Below, piece by piece: positions 12,074 to 23,950 of a DNA stretch of 64,000 nt (position 1 is its first letter; each line of letters begins with the position of its first letter). The DNA lies in assembly GCA_976226885.1 (NCBI GenBank), contig OZ320314.1, positions 67,332,001-67,396,000 of the forward strand. Reading direction: 5' to 3'. A model generated the notes under the pieces. The model worked only from the letters and a program-made list of their open reading frames with translations, searched no databases and was not told where the DNA came from. This DNA is from Iphione sp. A-MEVVRFRX5 (lineage: Eukaryota). A program made the translations under genes and the position numbers.

Positions 12074-15000
12074 CTAGAAGGGGCTTTGTGTGTACTTAGA
12101 AAATTCCTTGTAAATGTGGAAGGGTTCCTCTGGGTTGCTTGGTTGTCCATCCATCGCTCTTGCCTGCGCTGCTGTACACTCAAGTTCGACTGTGCGTGCT
12201 GAGAGGTCCAACATGGCATTTTGTTTATCCGCCAGGTCCATCTGTAAAGGGAAAATGTTAAAAATATCAGCTACCCACTTTACATGCATGTTTGGATATA
12301 CAAGGCAGTTCGTGGATGTTCGTGACATGGACCTATGTCAGAGGGGCACATGCATAATTGACCGAATGCATATAGGCCCATCACTTGCTTCTGATTACCT
12401 CTCTGTTTAACCTAATCAAGCAGACATGAACCATTATTAACATGTGTCTGGACAGCATGTATGAGTAGACATCATGTTTAAGTAATTACTGATCTTGACA
12501 CATACATTCTTGGATTGTCTACCCAGTATGCCTGCTTGCTGTCATGCTTGTATCTGTATATGTGTGGTTATGTATGTATGTACCTGTTTCTGCACCAACT
12601 GGCGTTGTTCCTTCCATAGTTCCTTTTCCTCTTTTACCGCAGCAAGTTTCTCATTCAGGATCTTCACCTTCACCTTCCTCATTTCGGCCTCATCCTTCAA
12701 ACACTTGTGTTGGGCTTTTGCATTGCCAACCTCCAACTTGAGCAGGGCATCCCTATTCTTGTAAATACTCTGAGTGGGGGCTAAATCATAAGAAACAAAG
12801 CAAACAGATATTGAGATAAGGACATGAAAATAGTGCCATGACATTGGCGCTTTCCTAAATGCAGTTTGCTTCATGGTTCCTGGCCCAAACTAAATTGTTA
12901 TTCTTACCTATGGCATGGATATGCAGGACCCTGTACTGAGCCTGACACTACAGTTTACAATTAGAGACTCAGCATGTACCCTTCCATTGCTGTTGGAGGT
13001 TTGACGATAACCTAGAAGTACTGCTTTATTACTGGTTGCTGTGCCCTGCTGGTTCCACCACTATATTAAATGTAATGTCTATTTACCCTTTCTGCCACGC
13101 CTACCACGTTGAGTGCTGGTGGCCTGTGTCACAAGTACCTCGGGATCTTCATCATCTGACTCGGATTCATCCAGGTTGGCTACTGTAAAATAAAAAATAA
13201 ACAAAGCTCTGTCAGTCAGCCACGGAAATTATATATCTGTCTCTTAGGTGACCCCCCCCCCCTAGTATGGCTGTCACTTGACATTTCCGACATTGGCAAA
13301 ATACAGAAGATGCTTTGCAATCAGGCTAGTTTTACACTAAGCTACCTTAAGAGCAGGTGAGGACCAAATACCTATCAAGAAATACTTTCATAAATGTCTC
13401 AGAGTACATGTATTCACTTGGAGTCAATCCTGTCCAAAAGCTAAGATACATTCCCACTGGGCTGTACTTACCGGGTTCCTGTGTGCTAGGCAGATCAACA
13501 GGAGGGGTGGGTGGCAGTGAGTCAGATGACTCCACATCTTCTTCGGGTCTTGTGATGGTTGCTGTTGGGGCACGTCTCTTCAGTTGGGTGTTTTTCTGGG
13601 ATGCTGTGGTCCTCTGCTGTCGAGGCTTCTCTGCACGGCATGCTGACTCCTTCAAGTATGGTGGTCTGGGCACATCTGGAAAGAAGTTCCAATCAATGTT
13701 CATTTACAACATCTTCAGTATGGACTACATTAGTGTACAAGCATAAGCAGTGAACCCCGTTACATACCAGTGCATTTTTCTAAGGTCACCAACCTTTCTT
13801 GGGGCTACTTTGTAGTAACAGAATGACATGAGCATAGTCAATGAGAAATAAATACTAAAACAAATTAAAACATATACACATAAATATTGTTTCCCTCTAC
13901 AAAGCACATAGTATCATTGTGCATGGTACAGATTTACTACTCACCACCAAAGCTGGAGCCGGCGCCAGGAAATCCCTCGCTGCACCCTGGTCTCATGTCC
14001 CTCATCAGCTGCACCTCAGCTTTCACTTTGGTTGTAACAGGACCCGCTCCTGTTTGAAGCTCTTGGTTTGTTACATCCCGCACTGGAGTAGACAGTACAA
14101 TGTGGCGTTTGTGTAGAGTCACGCCGATCTTTGGGTTTTAGCCAACATGTCAAAGAATTGTGCCAAATCTTTGGCCCAAATAACAGTCTCGGTGTGGTCA
14201 AAGTGTCATTCATAGGGAAATATACCACAGTTACATTCAATTGCAGACCATAGAACAGCATCATGTAGTTTATGTGAATGGTGGCCCCTGGGAAATCTCA
14301 AAATACAGTCTCTGATTACATGTCTTCGGGATTTGATGGGTATCAAACAGTGTGGGAAAGTAGTAGGTGGCCTGAGGACTAACAAGGTAGTACAGGTGCA
14401 GTGTCAGTTTGGTGTACTGAAATAACATCACGCATGAATCCCAGCCTGACTCCCATTGGTAGCAAGCTAATCCTTTTCCACCGATTTCCAACTTTGTCTA
14501 GACACAAAAAGAACACTCTGGGCCCAGTCATATAGAACTCCTCCTCAATAGGTACTGGGCGGCCCCTAGCTTGTTCGAGACGGTATCGAGCCACACTGTA
14601 GAGATGTCCCTGGCTAAGGTTGCAGGTATTAGCCTTCACTTGTGCGGCGTGCCAACTTGAGAGCATTACCATGGGTCCAAGACGTAAGACAAAGGAATTA
14701 TAGCAATCCTCCCATTCATGTAAGATATCATCAACAAATCCTTTGACTACAGGCCTAGCTAGCACAGTGACCCTGAAGTCCTCAAACTGTAGTTCGGGCA
14801 CATCCCTTCCTGAAGTACGTGGAAGTAGATAGGTTGCACTTGTTCCATCATCTTCAAGAGATGCCTCCAGCATGTATGGGGAACAGCCACCCATAGAAGA
14901 TGCCTCATCGTCTGCATCCATGTACGTGAAGCTGCGTGGACTACCATCAGGGAAGATAGGACTGGCTAACCCAAAGTCAACTCGAATCGTGATATGGCCA

Positions 15001-18000
15001 TCAACACTACCGGGAACATCTCCATGGTTGTGCCCTCGTCGTCGTTTCTTTGGGGGAGGTGAAAGTTCATGTATTGGTATCAGATCCCTGTATGCACGCT
15101 GCATTGCATCATTTGCCAGTACGTACATATTGTACATTGGCGACCCCAAAACACTATCTGCGTTATCAGTACTTGTCTGGTGGTCTTCTACTCCCCCAAC
15201 CTCTGTGCCACAGTCCTCCTTGGGCTGTGTGTCATCTGAAGGATGGTGTTCCTCCTCAGGTACTTCCATGTCATCACAGACATTAACCCGATTGAAATCA
15301 TTTCCTAAGGCAGAGACTTCAACGTCATCTATTAATATTGTGTTGTCTGTTCCACTCTCCTCTCTCTGTTGATCTATGTCCTCCTGGTGCACACTGTCAC
15401 TACCACCATGCAAAATGTGTGCATCACTGACATACTGGCCAGGGGTCCCAGAGCCAACAGGCCCAGGAAGACATGAACTGCCATCGCCTGCTTGCAAGTC
15501 AATGCTGTCTTGCCTTCCATCACCATCCGCGAGCAGTGGACAGCCACTAACATCACCATCAACAACAATCGATCCATGCTCCTCTATCACCATGTCATCA
15601 ACAATGTCAGTGCTGACAACGGGCCCACAATTATCATGTCGAGGAAGGGTACTTCTGTCTGACTCGTGTATGTCCATCTTCTCAACACTAGTATTAGGAA
15701 GGGCAGCATCTTCTTCGGACATATCAGGCAGATGGCTGCGGTTACTGGGCATACAAGGCACACCACCACAGGAACTGAGAGTCTCGGTCTTCGGCTGCTG
15801 TTTACTTCTTGCAACATCCATTGATGACCCACTGGTCTGCACAGACGTAGTCGCACCCTGTCTTGCGTGACATGAGGAAGTACACAGGCCACTCCGTGTG
15901 TAAATCACTATAGGCCGCACCTTTTGACAGACTAGACAGCGACATTTACATGTGCACCGGGCTGCACGCTCAAGCCGCTGACGTCGCCGACACTCTCTCA
16001 TGCGGGCTGCTTCCTTACAGTTGTAGTCAGGTTCATTTAATTTGCGCTGAACGCGGTAATTCCGCATGTATTCAGCTTTTTTCGCCCTGCGCAACTGCTC
16101 CGGGTCCTCTCTCAAAGCTGAAGGGACCACAAATTCAAAGGTGCATATCAATAGTAATTAATACAGGCCACGAACGTACACGAACATGTTTACGCTTGGA
16201 TCGAACAGAGCGATAATAGGGGAAGTTGTCGAGTACAAGTAAACAGCGGTATGGAATTACATAAAACTACGTACACAAAGAGAAATATATATATTTCCTA
16301 ACATTATGGTGTCTTCTTAGACATACTAACCAGCCTCAGCCATCTGCGAAGAACAGTGACAACTCTTCAGTCCACGCTGAACGCAGCTTTCGGCCCTAAG
16401 GCGCTGGCCGAGAGCTTATACCCGTAACGGGCAAGGTGGTACATAATACACATGCGCATTATTGGTAAAAATTACAAACAAAATTTTGGGACCTGTCAAG
16501 GACACACAGTAAAAAAATTAGGCACACATTTCCTAGTTCTTCATACTTATGTCATTCTTCTTTTTGGCAATATTTTCGACATGGACAGCAGAGTGCCTAC
16601 CGTGGCTGATGATGTCATGTCCTACACACAACTCTGACTACGAACAGACCCGAGGGGATATACGAAATGCACAAGCATTCCTTACCGGGATTGCCTCACA
16701 CAGTTACATATTAGTATGAGCATACTAAAACTAAATACATCCAAAAAATTGTGCAAGTACACTTGGGGAATACCGACAGGTATTTTACAATCAAGCAGCA
16801 TGGCATGTCACCATAAGCAAGGCAAAATATTAACAGGCTATGCATCTGTTAACATAACTTTAATATAACTACTCGGTGGGGCACCAACAAAAAAAAGCTA
16901 TGAGGGCCACACAGCAATGCATAGTAATGTCATCCAAGGTCTAGGATGTAGGACACGTCCTCGCTTTTTCCCAACAACCGCACAGACAAAACATATTAGC
17001 AAGCACTTCTCAACCATAAATACAGTTATCAGTTTCAAACTGAAACAAAAATGTTTTACAACCTACAGGCTATAATGTACTTTCCACAAAATAATTCTCA
17101 AATACAACCAAGGTCAAACATCCTCAGGACAGATGCAAACAACTGTAACTCTCAAATTACATAGCCACGTATTGCCAACAGAACCTAATACTTTTTTAAA
17201 CGTAACATAACCAATCGCAATTTTTGTCTCGGCTGAAAAAACAAGTACTTAGTGTTATCTAACTACACCAACAAAAACACAAGTCCCTCCTCACTGCAGT
17301 CACTTTCCAAAGCTCGCTTTACACAGACCCGCTGGGCATACTATCATCACCATTGCCAGACTCGTCAGCCAACAACCCTGTACTATCAGCTTCACCAGTC
17401 CCTCCAATCTCAGGAGACCGTTCAGTCACGTTCGTGCTGTCTGCTGCCTCTCTCACTACCTCGGAGACCATCTGGGAAACATCATGCACGTCAGCAGGTG
17501 TCCCTGTTCCTCGGTCTGCTCCAGCACTCGAACCTAACAATGTATGAACCGAGGTTGTTTTTTTTCAGGATAAAGAAATGTTTGGATAAGGGGTTAGTCT
17601 TGTCTACAAGGACACTCCATTATGACCTCTGTAGCACTACTAAAGTCCAGTTAGCAAATTCTTGCTATTTTCACCAAGTCAATATTTTTATTTCTGTAAG
17701 TGGGATACATGGGTGCATGCAGGACCCATATGAGGCACAAGGACATTTTCTAAAATTCACCATCTTCTAACAAGGAAGGAACACCATTACCTAGGTGTGA
17801 TACTCACTACTTGGGGTGACACTGCTCTGCCAGAAGGCATACCACCTTGCACGGTTAGCTGCATTATGCTCTGCTATTATCTGCCGAGCTATGGCCTGAT
17901 GGTTATTCGTAGTGTGGCCACATGTCAGCCTGACGTTCAGGGGAGTCATCGGCACTCCATGGAAGAGGTCCACCTCTTCCAAACTGTATGAAGATATGTC

Positions 18001-19242
18001 TCCCATCCCCCGCCGCTCTCTCCAGGCAATCTCACCGATGATAGAGGGCCTTTCGGGCACCAATTCCCGCATCCTCTCAGCCTCAGCAGTGGCGGCTGGT
18101 CAAAAATAAAGGGCTGGGCTATTGGGTCTGTATGTTTTCAGGGAAACCAAAGCGCCTTCACACATTTTCACTCCTAATGACAATATTACAACTTTCTGGT
18201 GGAACACATATACAGACACAGTAAACACATCTCAACCTAAATATTGGGCCAATTTCACTGGAAGTGCCCCTAACAGGAGGCTGACAGCTCCTAACATGAG
18301 GCAGACACAACAGACCAAGGATAAGCCACACTTCACTCAAGTGTATCCTGAAAATGGAAGCCTTATTTCATTTCATTAGTCATCACTTACATTTTTGCTT
18401 TATGTTCTTGATCTTCTGCCTAAATGCCTTCTCTTTACGTGGTTCGTCTGCCTCCCTATGTCATAAACAATTGAAAATTAACAAATCATGTATATTTCAG
18501 GTAATTACATGGGCCAACCATTGCTAAGTGATTACACTTATTTTCATTATGTTAATTTTGCTAGACAATTTCCGACACAGATACAAACACTTCTTGGGTG
18601 GCTGAACTCCCTCTCCACCTATGACTTTACAATAAATGGGTTCTTAATATAATATTAACCTTTACATTATTATGGTATTCTCAATATAAACATTATCTAC
18701 ACAGCAGGATTTGGGATATGTTCAAACAGGGTAGTAACACTCCCTTTCACCAATACGAATGGGTACGAACAACAAACCACCTTTTAACATGCACACACGA
18801 ATAAACACGAAGTCAATCATATGGACACGAATGAGCACGAATGCATTTCTCCCATGCACACACGAATGAACGCAAAAAATTACCACTGCCACGTGTATAC
18901 AAGGTGCTTTCCACAGTAGGCCCCACAAGTGATAACAGTGTCTACGGGCATAGTTCATTCAAGGGGTACAATGTGGGCAAAGTCATACACAATCACAAAT
19001 TATTTTCATAGACATACTTACTCATTAAATTTGGCCAAGCAGCGCTGCCACAGAGCTTTTCGTTTGGCCTTTCCGCCAGGCTTGTCAAGTGGTGTCGCAT
19101 CGTCGAGCTCGTTCTCATTGAAGATCCTAACAGCCAAAAGGGCATCATGTTCGGACCAGTTCGAATCCCTCTGGCGCTTAGTGCCTTTCTGAGTGGGAGG
19201 CACAACATCTTCAGACACGAATGCAGCAGCGGAATCATCCAT
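12074..19242 (-). CDS. Harbinger Myb/SANT-like (trihelix) DNA-binding protein, 7 exons: 19242-19022, 18455-18391, 14082-13945, 13675-13472, 13182-13105, 12780-12584, 12241-12074; about 356 aa
   Basis: All junctions GT-AG and phase-compatible (1071 nt). RDSNWSEHDALL...RKALWQRCLAKFN...FRQKIKNIKQK-LRD...TGAGP matches Harbinger Myb proteins; C-terminal coiled coil. Further small exons cannot be excluded. Confidence 0.82.
14016..16343 (-). CDS. Nested Harbinger cargo gene, exons 16343-16331, 16117-14384, 14287-14016; about 672 aa; basic N-terminus, acidic disordered middle, putative OTU-like cysteine protease C-terminus
   Basis: 1.7-kb open exon with a strong ccttcag acceptor. TATAAG at 16420-16415 precedes ATG. 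A 96-nt GTTAGT..CAG intron removes the stop at 14379. C-terminal DCYNSF ... WATIHINYMMLFYGLQLNVTVVY ... PHCTVY follows the OTU Cys / W-helix-strand / His layout (judged by eye). Confidence 0.7.
17342..17533 (-). CDS. Extra phase 1 acidic low-complexity exon inside the Myb intron (may instead run on to the stop at 17319)
   Basis: ttgttag acceptor, GTATGC donor at 17341; 192 nt open. Confidence 0.45.
17808..18095 (-). CDS. Extra phase 1-1 coding exon inside the Myb intron (ATAEAERMRELVPERP...WYAFWQSSVTPS); unknown domain
   Basis: ctttatttttgaccag acceptor, GTGAGT donor at 17807; 288 nt open, in phase with Myb exon 2. Confidence 0.55.
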
Positions 19243-19465
19243 TTTCCAAAAAATCGACGGGAGCCCAAACACGAATGATCACGAACAGGCAGCAGAATGA
19301 AAAGGCGCGGCAATGACGTCAGCCACGAACCAGCACGAACCAATGAAATGTTCGGACACATCCGTTCCCTAGCAACGGCTAATATCGGTTTTAAGGAATG
19401 CACTTAGCATTTTAATACGGGTATTTATTTAATCATGGTACGCTAAGTCCGATATTAACTTTTAG

Positions 19466-19483
19466 GCATTCTGAAACCGCCTT
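19466..19483 (-). repeat. Harbinger right TIR
   Basis: gcattctgaaaccgcctt followed by CTG. Confidence 0.8.
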
Positions 19484-20460
19484 CTGATGGCAACGTGTTT
19501 ACAAGCAGACACCTTGTACAACCTTCTAATACGACTCTAAATAGACGCCATAGTGGAACTGTATTAGACGCAATCTCTTTGGAACACTTAACATCCAGTC
19601 TTCGATAAGTAAACCGGACTTGAATTATCCCCTGACTCTGATCTAGTCAATGTAAACGCACCACCGAGAAGTCTGTGACTGCTAACGGTGATTACGCCAC
19701 TGGAACAGACTCTTTTGATATCCAACTAGGTTTACCTTCACAAGGAACCGCTAGAGGCCATTATTGAAGGGGATCTGCCGGATTTACGGAGTTTATTCAG
19801 GGACTGAGTAATCCCTAGGGTTGGTGAGTTCGCAGCAACTCAGTTGCTGATAGGTGATATAGGATGAGGGAACGGCGGCGGGTGTTGCAAGAGGTGCTAA
19901 TTCGTATTGGAAGCTGTTACTTTGTACTACAGAAGTTTTGAGAGTGATTATCAGCCAAGACTGGTGCCCCCATTTCACCATGATTTTAAGCCTGTCTGTC
20001 GGACAACCTCTCCACCTCCCCGCGTGTGTGATCCTGACATAGTGGTCAACTATGACAACGAGCGACCTATTCATGACTGTTCTAATGGGTCCTAATGGTT
20101 CCGCTAGGACGCACAGTGGCTCGCTGGTTACCTGTCTTTGTGTAAGACACACTCAGCGCCATGTATCGGTCGCCTCAGTAACGACCCTTCATGTTGACCT
20201 GACTACGGCAAAGACAAACACTGAATGTGGTAGAGAGAGGAAACGTCCAGCTCAGCCATCATCTATGGATTTGGTTGGGTCTATTTGATGCATTGAGCGT
20301 TGAGTGGCTGAGTCGGATACCATGGATATGGACGTCCCTTTGCCGGGACCAATGGCGTCTCTTCATGTGGACCTGGTCCTGTTGACTAAGCGGGTCGGTT
20401 CATTCCCCCTGTCTTCGATCACGCCTGGCCCAAATACAGGCATGACATTATTACTATGGC
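19484..20460 (+). pseudogene. Decayed retroelement remnant (DIRS-like RT/RNaseH/MT), continuing from ~8930-9022 across the Harbinger insertion
   Basis: Removing the Harbinger restores an open frame across the CTG (QWIPT-PDGNVFTSR). Downstream fragments VLEAVTLYYRSFESD and LFDALSVEW resemble DIRS motifs from memory. Many stops. Confidence 0.3.
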
Positions 20461-20974
20461 TGACATAATGCTACTTTTGTTGCATATTCCACATGTTTTC
20501 TGTGACTAATGCTCCATGTCAGGCCCCTCCCCCACATACACCCACCTCTGACAGCGCGTCTTTACGAACACGTTGAGGTCTTACAGCGATCAACTACGGC
20601 ATCATTTGCAGCGTTCCGGACCAAGTTACGCACCAATGGCCGTTAAGTGTAGGGCCTACCACGACATGCGCTATTGTACCGCTGAACGCTTTGGACGAGC
20701 ACGGCTCGTTATTGCGGGGTGCTGGGTGGAACGAATCACAATAGACAGGCTAATTATGACTTTGACGGATGAAACGAATTGCGAGTTCCCTTGCAGCCTC
20801 ACGTATACCGTCATCAATGAACGCATGCTGTTACTTCTCTTTAAAAAAGATTCGTATTGAATGCTATTGAGTGTACTGGGTCAATATATGTTCACACATG
20901 CCATGTGATAACGGTTTGTGTGTCATTTAGATTTATTTGATTACATTAACGTGGTACTCAATTGGCTATTTCAG

Positions 20975-21031
20975 TGTCTTCCTGGAACCTGGCTCATATG
21001 TTTGGCTACTCGACGGAAAGTTTTCCATATG
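20975..21031 (+). CDS. Host receptor gene, 57-nt juxtamembrane linker exon (VSSWNLAHMFGYSTESFPY)
   Basis: tttcag acceptor and perfect GTAAGT donor at 21032; phase 1-1, open frame, joins the TM exon as FPY-GILLVV. Too short to appear in the ORF track. Confidence 0.7.
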
Positions 21032-21573
21032 GTAAGTTGAGAAGGATATGCAAGATATAAAGGCAAGAAAGAAATTAATAACGTGTTTACTCTCAAATTA
21101 TTTATCACCCAGTAGATTTATTTGAATGTCATAATACATTTCTATAGTTTGTATTTACCTGGTTTTGCATGTTTGATAATTTTTGGATAATAGTATATCA
21201 GTACACCGTCAGTGATATATGTTATACTGGATTCTGTAATGAAAAGAGCAGATTGTAACAAGCGTGTTCCAACATATTTCTCTTCATGTATTTCCATTTT
21301 ATGTACTGTCAAGTTTGTTTAATTCAAGGGGTTGCATACGTGTGGAGTAATGTACAACACACAACCTGGAGGCAGATAATGAACGATGGAGAAGCGCAGT
21401 CCAGTGGAGTTTCAGTGCTAAAATATATCATATGGCATTATTCACTGATTGCTTTTCAGCTGATTGCTCCTTCCACCAAGAAGCATAACTGGCATGTTAC
21501 CGGCATAGACAAGCTGCATCCTGTCTAAGGCTTTTCGAGGCTACAACACTCATCTTTGAGCCCCTGTAACTTA

Positions 21574-21923
21574 GGCCAAAAAAAAAGATGTCTTTCTGGT
21601 CACAACCAGCCAAAATACTTATGTAGGGAGGTGGTATCATTTTTTTTTTTAATTTTTACCCCACTTTCTTCCTCTTGTTTTCAATATTAATAAAGATAAT
21701 ATGAGGAATTTTAACCAATTTGCATGAGTTTTACAGTTTTTTTTACTGAATTTCCATGGATTTTTTGTTTTTCTACTGAATTTACCAAAACATGTGGCAC
21801 AAAAACACATACCTAAGGAAACTCAGCCTTGGAAACTTTTTGGGGCCAAAAATTTTTAGGTAGGGTGAGGTTTTACTAGGTAGAGGTAGGTGACCAGAAA
21901 CACACCTATTTCTTGTTTTGGCC
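21574..21923. mobile_element. Tourist-like (PIF/Harbinger) MITE, 350 bp, TTA TSD
   Basis: ggccaaaa...tttctggtcac versus inverted gtgaccagaaa...ttttggcc; TTA on both sides (21571-21573, 21924-21926). Confidence 0.7.
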
Positions 21924-22437
21924 TTACAAGGTATTTGACAAAAAATATCAAATTTGATGTGAATCATTGGTAATATATCTTCTTTATTCTGTTAAAAGCA
22001 AATAATCCTACCTGTAATACAAACACCAACATTTAACCTCCCCATTGATTGCAATGCTAGACAGCTTTGCTTGTCTTTGGTCCAAGTTGCCACATTTTTA
22101 AGGGCACAATGTGGTTGGTAAGACTCAACTCTCACTCACAAACAGAGATTGGTGAATTCATGTGGTACGAAAAAGATAGAGTATATGATAGTCTGCTCTG
22201 AGCTGCTCCCGAGGCTCTCCAACATCACTCAATGATCACAGGTCTAGCCCACGTCGACCAAAATATCCAACATCAGTGGTGGTGATGAAGCCCGTGTACA
22301 TTGGTACTGGTTCTTTAAGGTTATCAGTTGAATCAAAATGCTACGAGGACGTCTAGCAAGATCGAGTGAAATATGCATTTCAACTTGATTATGATTAGAT
22401 GGACACACTACCTTGTTAAATCTTTCCATTGGAAATA

Positions 22438-23146
22438 CAGTTTACTCCCTCCCCGCGGACGCGTCTCGGAAGCGGACGCGTCTCAAATGCGGACGATTTG
22501 ACGCAGAACGGAACCTATTCCCATACATAACCATTATAGGCAGATGTCTCCAATGAGGACAGCTAATTTCACAGAGTCCCTCCCTGTGGACACCTTGAAT
22601 CCACACCTTGAAATGCGAATTCACACCTTGAAATCAGTCTAAACCAATCTATTCTTGGTCTAAACCCCCCAATTCGCGGTCTAAACCTGCCGATTCGCGG
22701 TCTATACCCGCCGGGGGTGTCAATGGCGACCTCTCTGATGCCTCTCACACCCTGGAGAGGGAGGTGGGAGAGGTATGGAGTGTCAATGGCGACCTCTCTG
22801 ATGTCTCTCACACCCTGGAGGGACTGTATCTTTTTGCACTTTTTGGACTTAAAGTCATCAAATTCAGCACTTTTTTGATTTTTAGTCATCAAATTCAGCA
22901 CTCTTTGGACTTTAGGTCATCAAATTCAGCACTTTTTGGACTTTTATTCATCAAATTCAGCACTTTTTGGATGTTTCAGAGTATTTGGTATGTACATATC
23001 ATTTGTAGAGAGAGAGGGAGAAAGGGATTTCATTTTCTAGTTTGACCCCCTGTCTGTACATGTATGCCGCCTCGGAAGCGGACGCGTCTCAAATGCAGAC
23101 GGTTTGGGGCAGAACGAAGGGTGTCCGGTATGGAGGGAGTCTACTG
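22438..23146. mobile_element. Tc1/pogo(Tigger)-like MITE, 709 bp, TA TSD
   Basis: TIRs cagtttactccctcc / cagtagactccctcc (13/15); TA at 22436-22437 and 23147-23148. Internal tandem repeats: 53-bp x2 and about 27-bp tcatcaaattcagcactttt x4. Confidence 0.8.
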
Positions 23147-23479
23147 TACATTTGCGGAAAGTGTTAGAAAAGCAGAATAATACAGGCAATCTATAACCCT
23201 TGGTATACTATGTTTAATGCACCATCTATTTGTCCATTTGTATTTCAGTCCCCGAACTTTCCTTGGGGTTCTAGTTCAGGTTCAGTTTCTTTCTGAAAAC
23301 GAGAAAACGGACAGACGGATAGAGCGGTAAAGCATATCCTAGAAACTGATGAATAGGTCTCGAATAAAAGGATGTATAGAGATGGGCGGACGAATGTTGG
23401 ACTTTGTTTAAAAATTGAAGAAATGTTGTGCAGTTTGACAGTAGACATCTTTTTACTCACTTGGTGCACAGGGCTTTCC

Positions 23480-23950
23480 TAATGCGTGTACAAGTGCATG
23501 TAGCACGGAGAACAAAAAGATGATAGGCTGTTGGAGAATCAGGCTGATACACTGCTATGCACACAATGAAGAGAAAGACCAGCAGTGGGTAACTGGGAAG
23601 TGGGAATTGGAAGCTGGTATTGCGGAAGGCAGGCGATAACGTAGTCTGTTGACTGAAGGCTGACAGTGGATTTAGATGGAGAAGCCACGCCCACGTCTCG
23701 ACCCCGGACAAAAAGCAATGTTGCGACTATTGTAGCATTCTGTTGAATAGGCGATCGACGAATCATTTGGTAGCAAGGCGCTGGAGATAAGCCCTTCGGG
23801 AAGCCTTGTCATCGGAAAATACAGCAGATTCAATACAGTGATGGGAAAGATGGGGTTGGTCAGCAAAGGGATTAGAAACCCGCGGACGTTGAGGCAGCCG
23901 TTCAGTTGGGAGCACCTCCTTGCTTAACCGGTCGTATCTCTGGCGCACAT
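23480..23950 (-). pseudogene. Decayed LINE reverse-transcriptase fragment
   Basis: LQRLATK*FVDRLFNRMLQ*SQHCFLSGVETWAWLLHL resembles the non-LTR RT block (EKI..KQL..HL...QHGF.SG.ST..AL). Confidence 0.3.

Larger units (their letters stand above)
9023..19483 (+). mobile_element. PIF/Harbinger DNA transposon, 10,461 bp, with transposase, Myb/SANT gene and nested cargo
   Basis: Left end ggggtggtttcagaatgc; right-end reverse complement aaggcggtttcagaatgc (13-bp perfect core). Identical CTG flanks at 9020-9022 and 19484-19486 fit a CWG-type TSD. The two canonical Harbinger genes are convergent. Confidence 0.88.
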
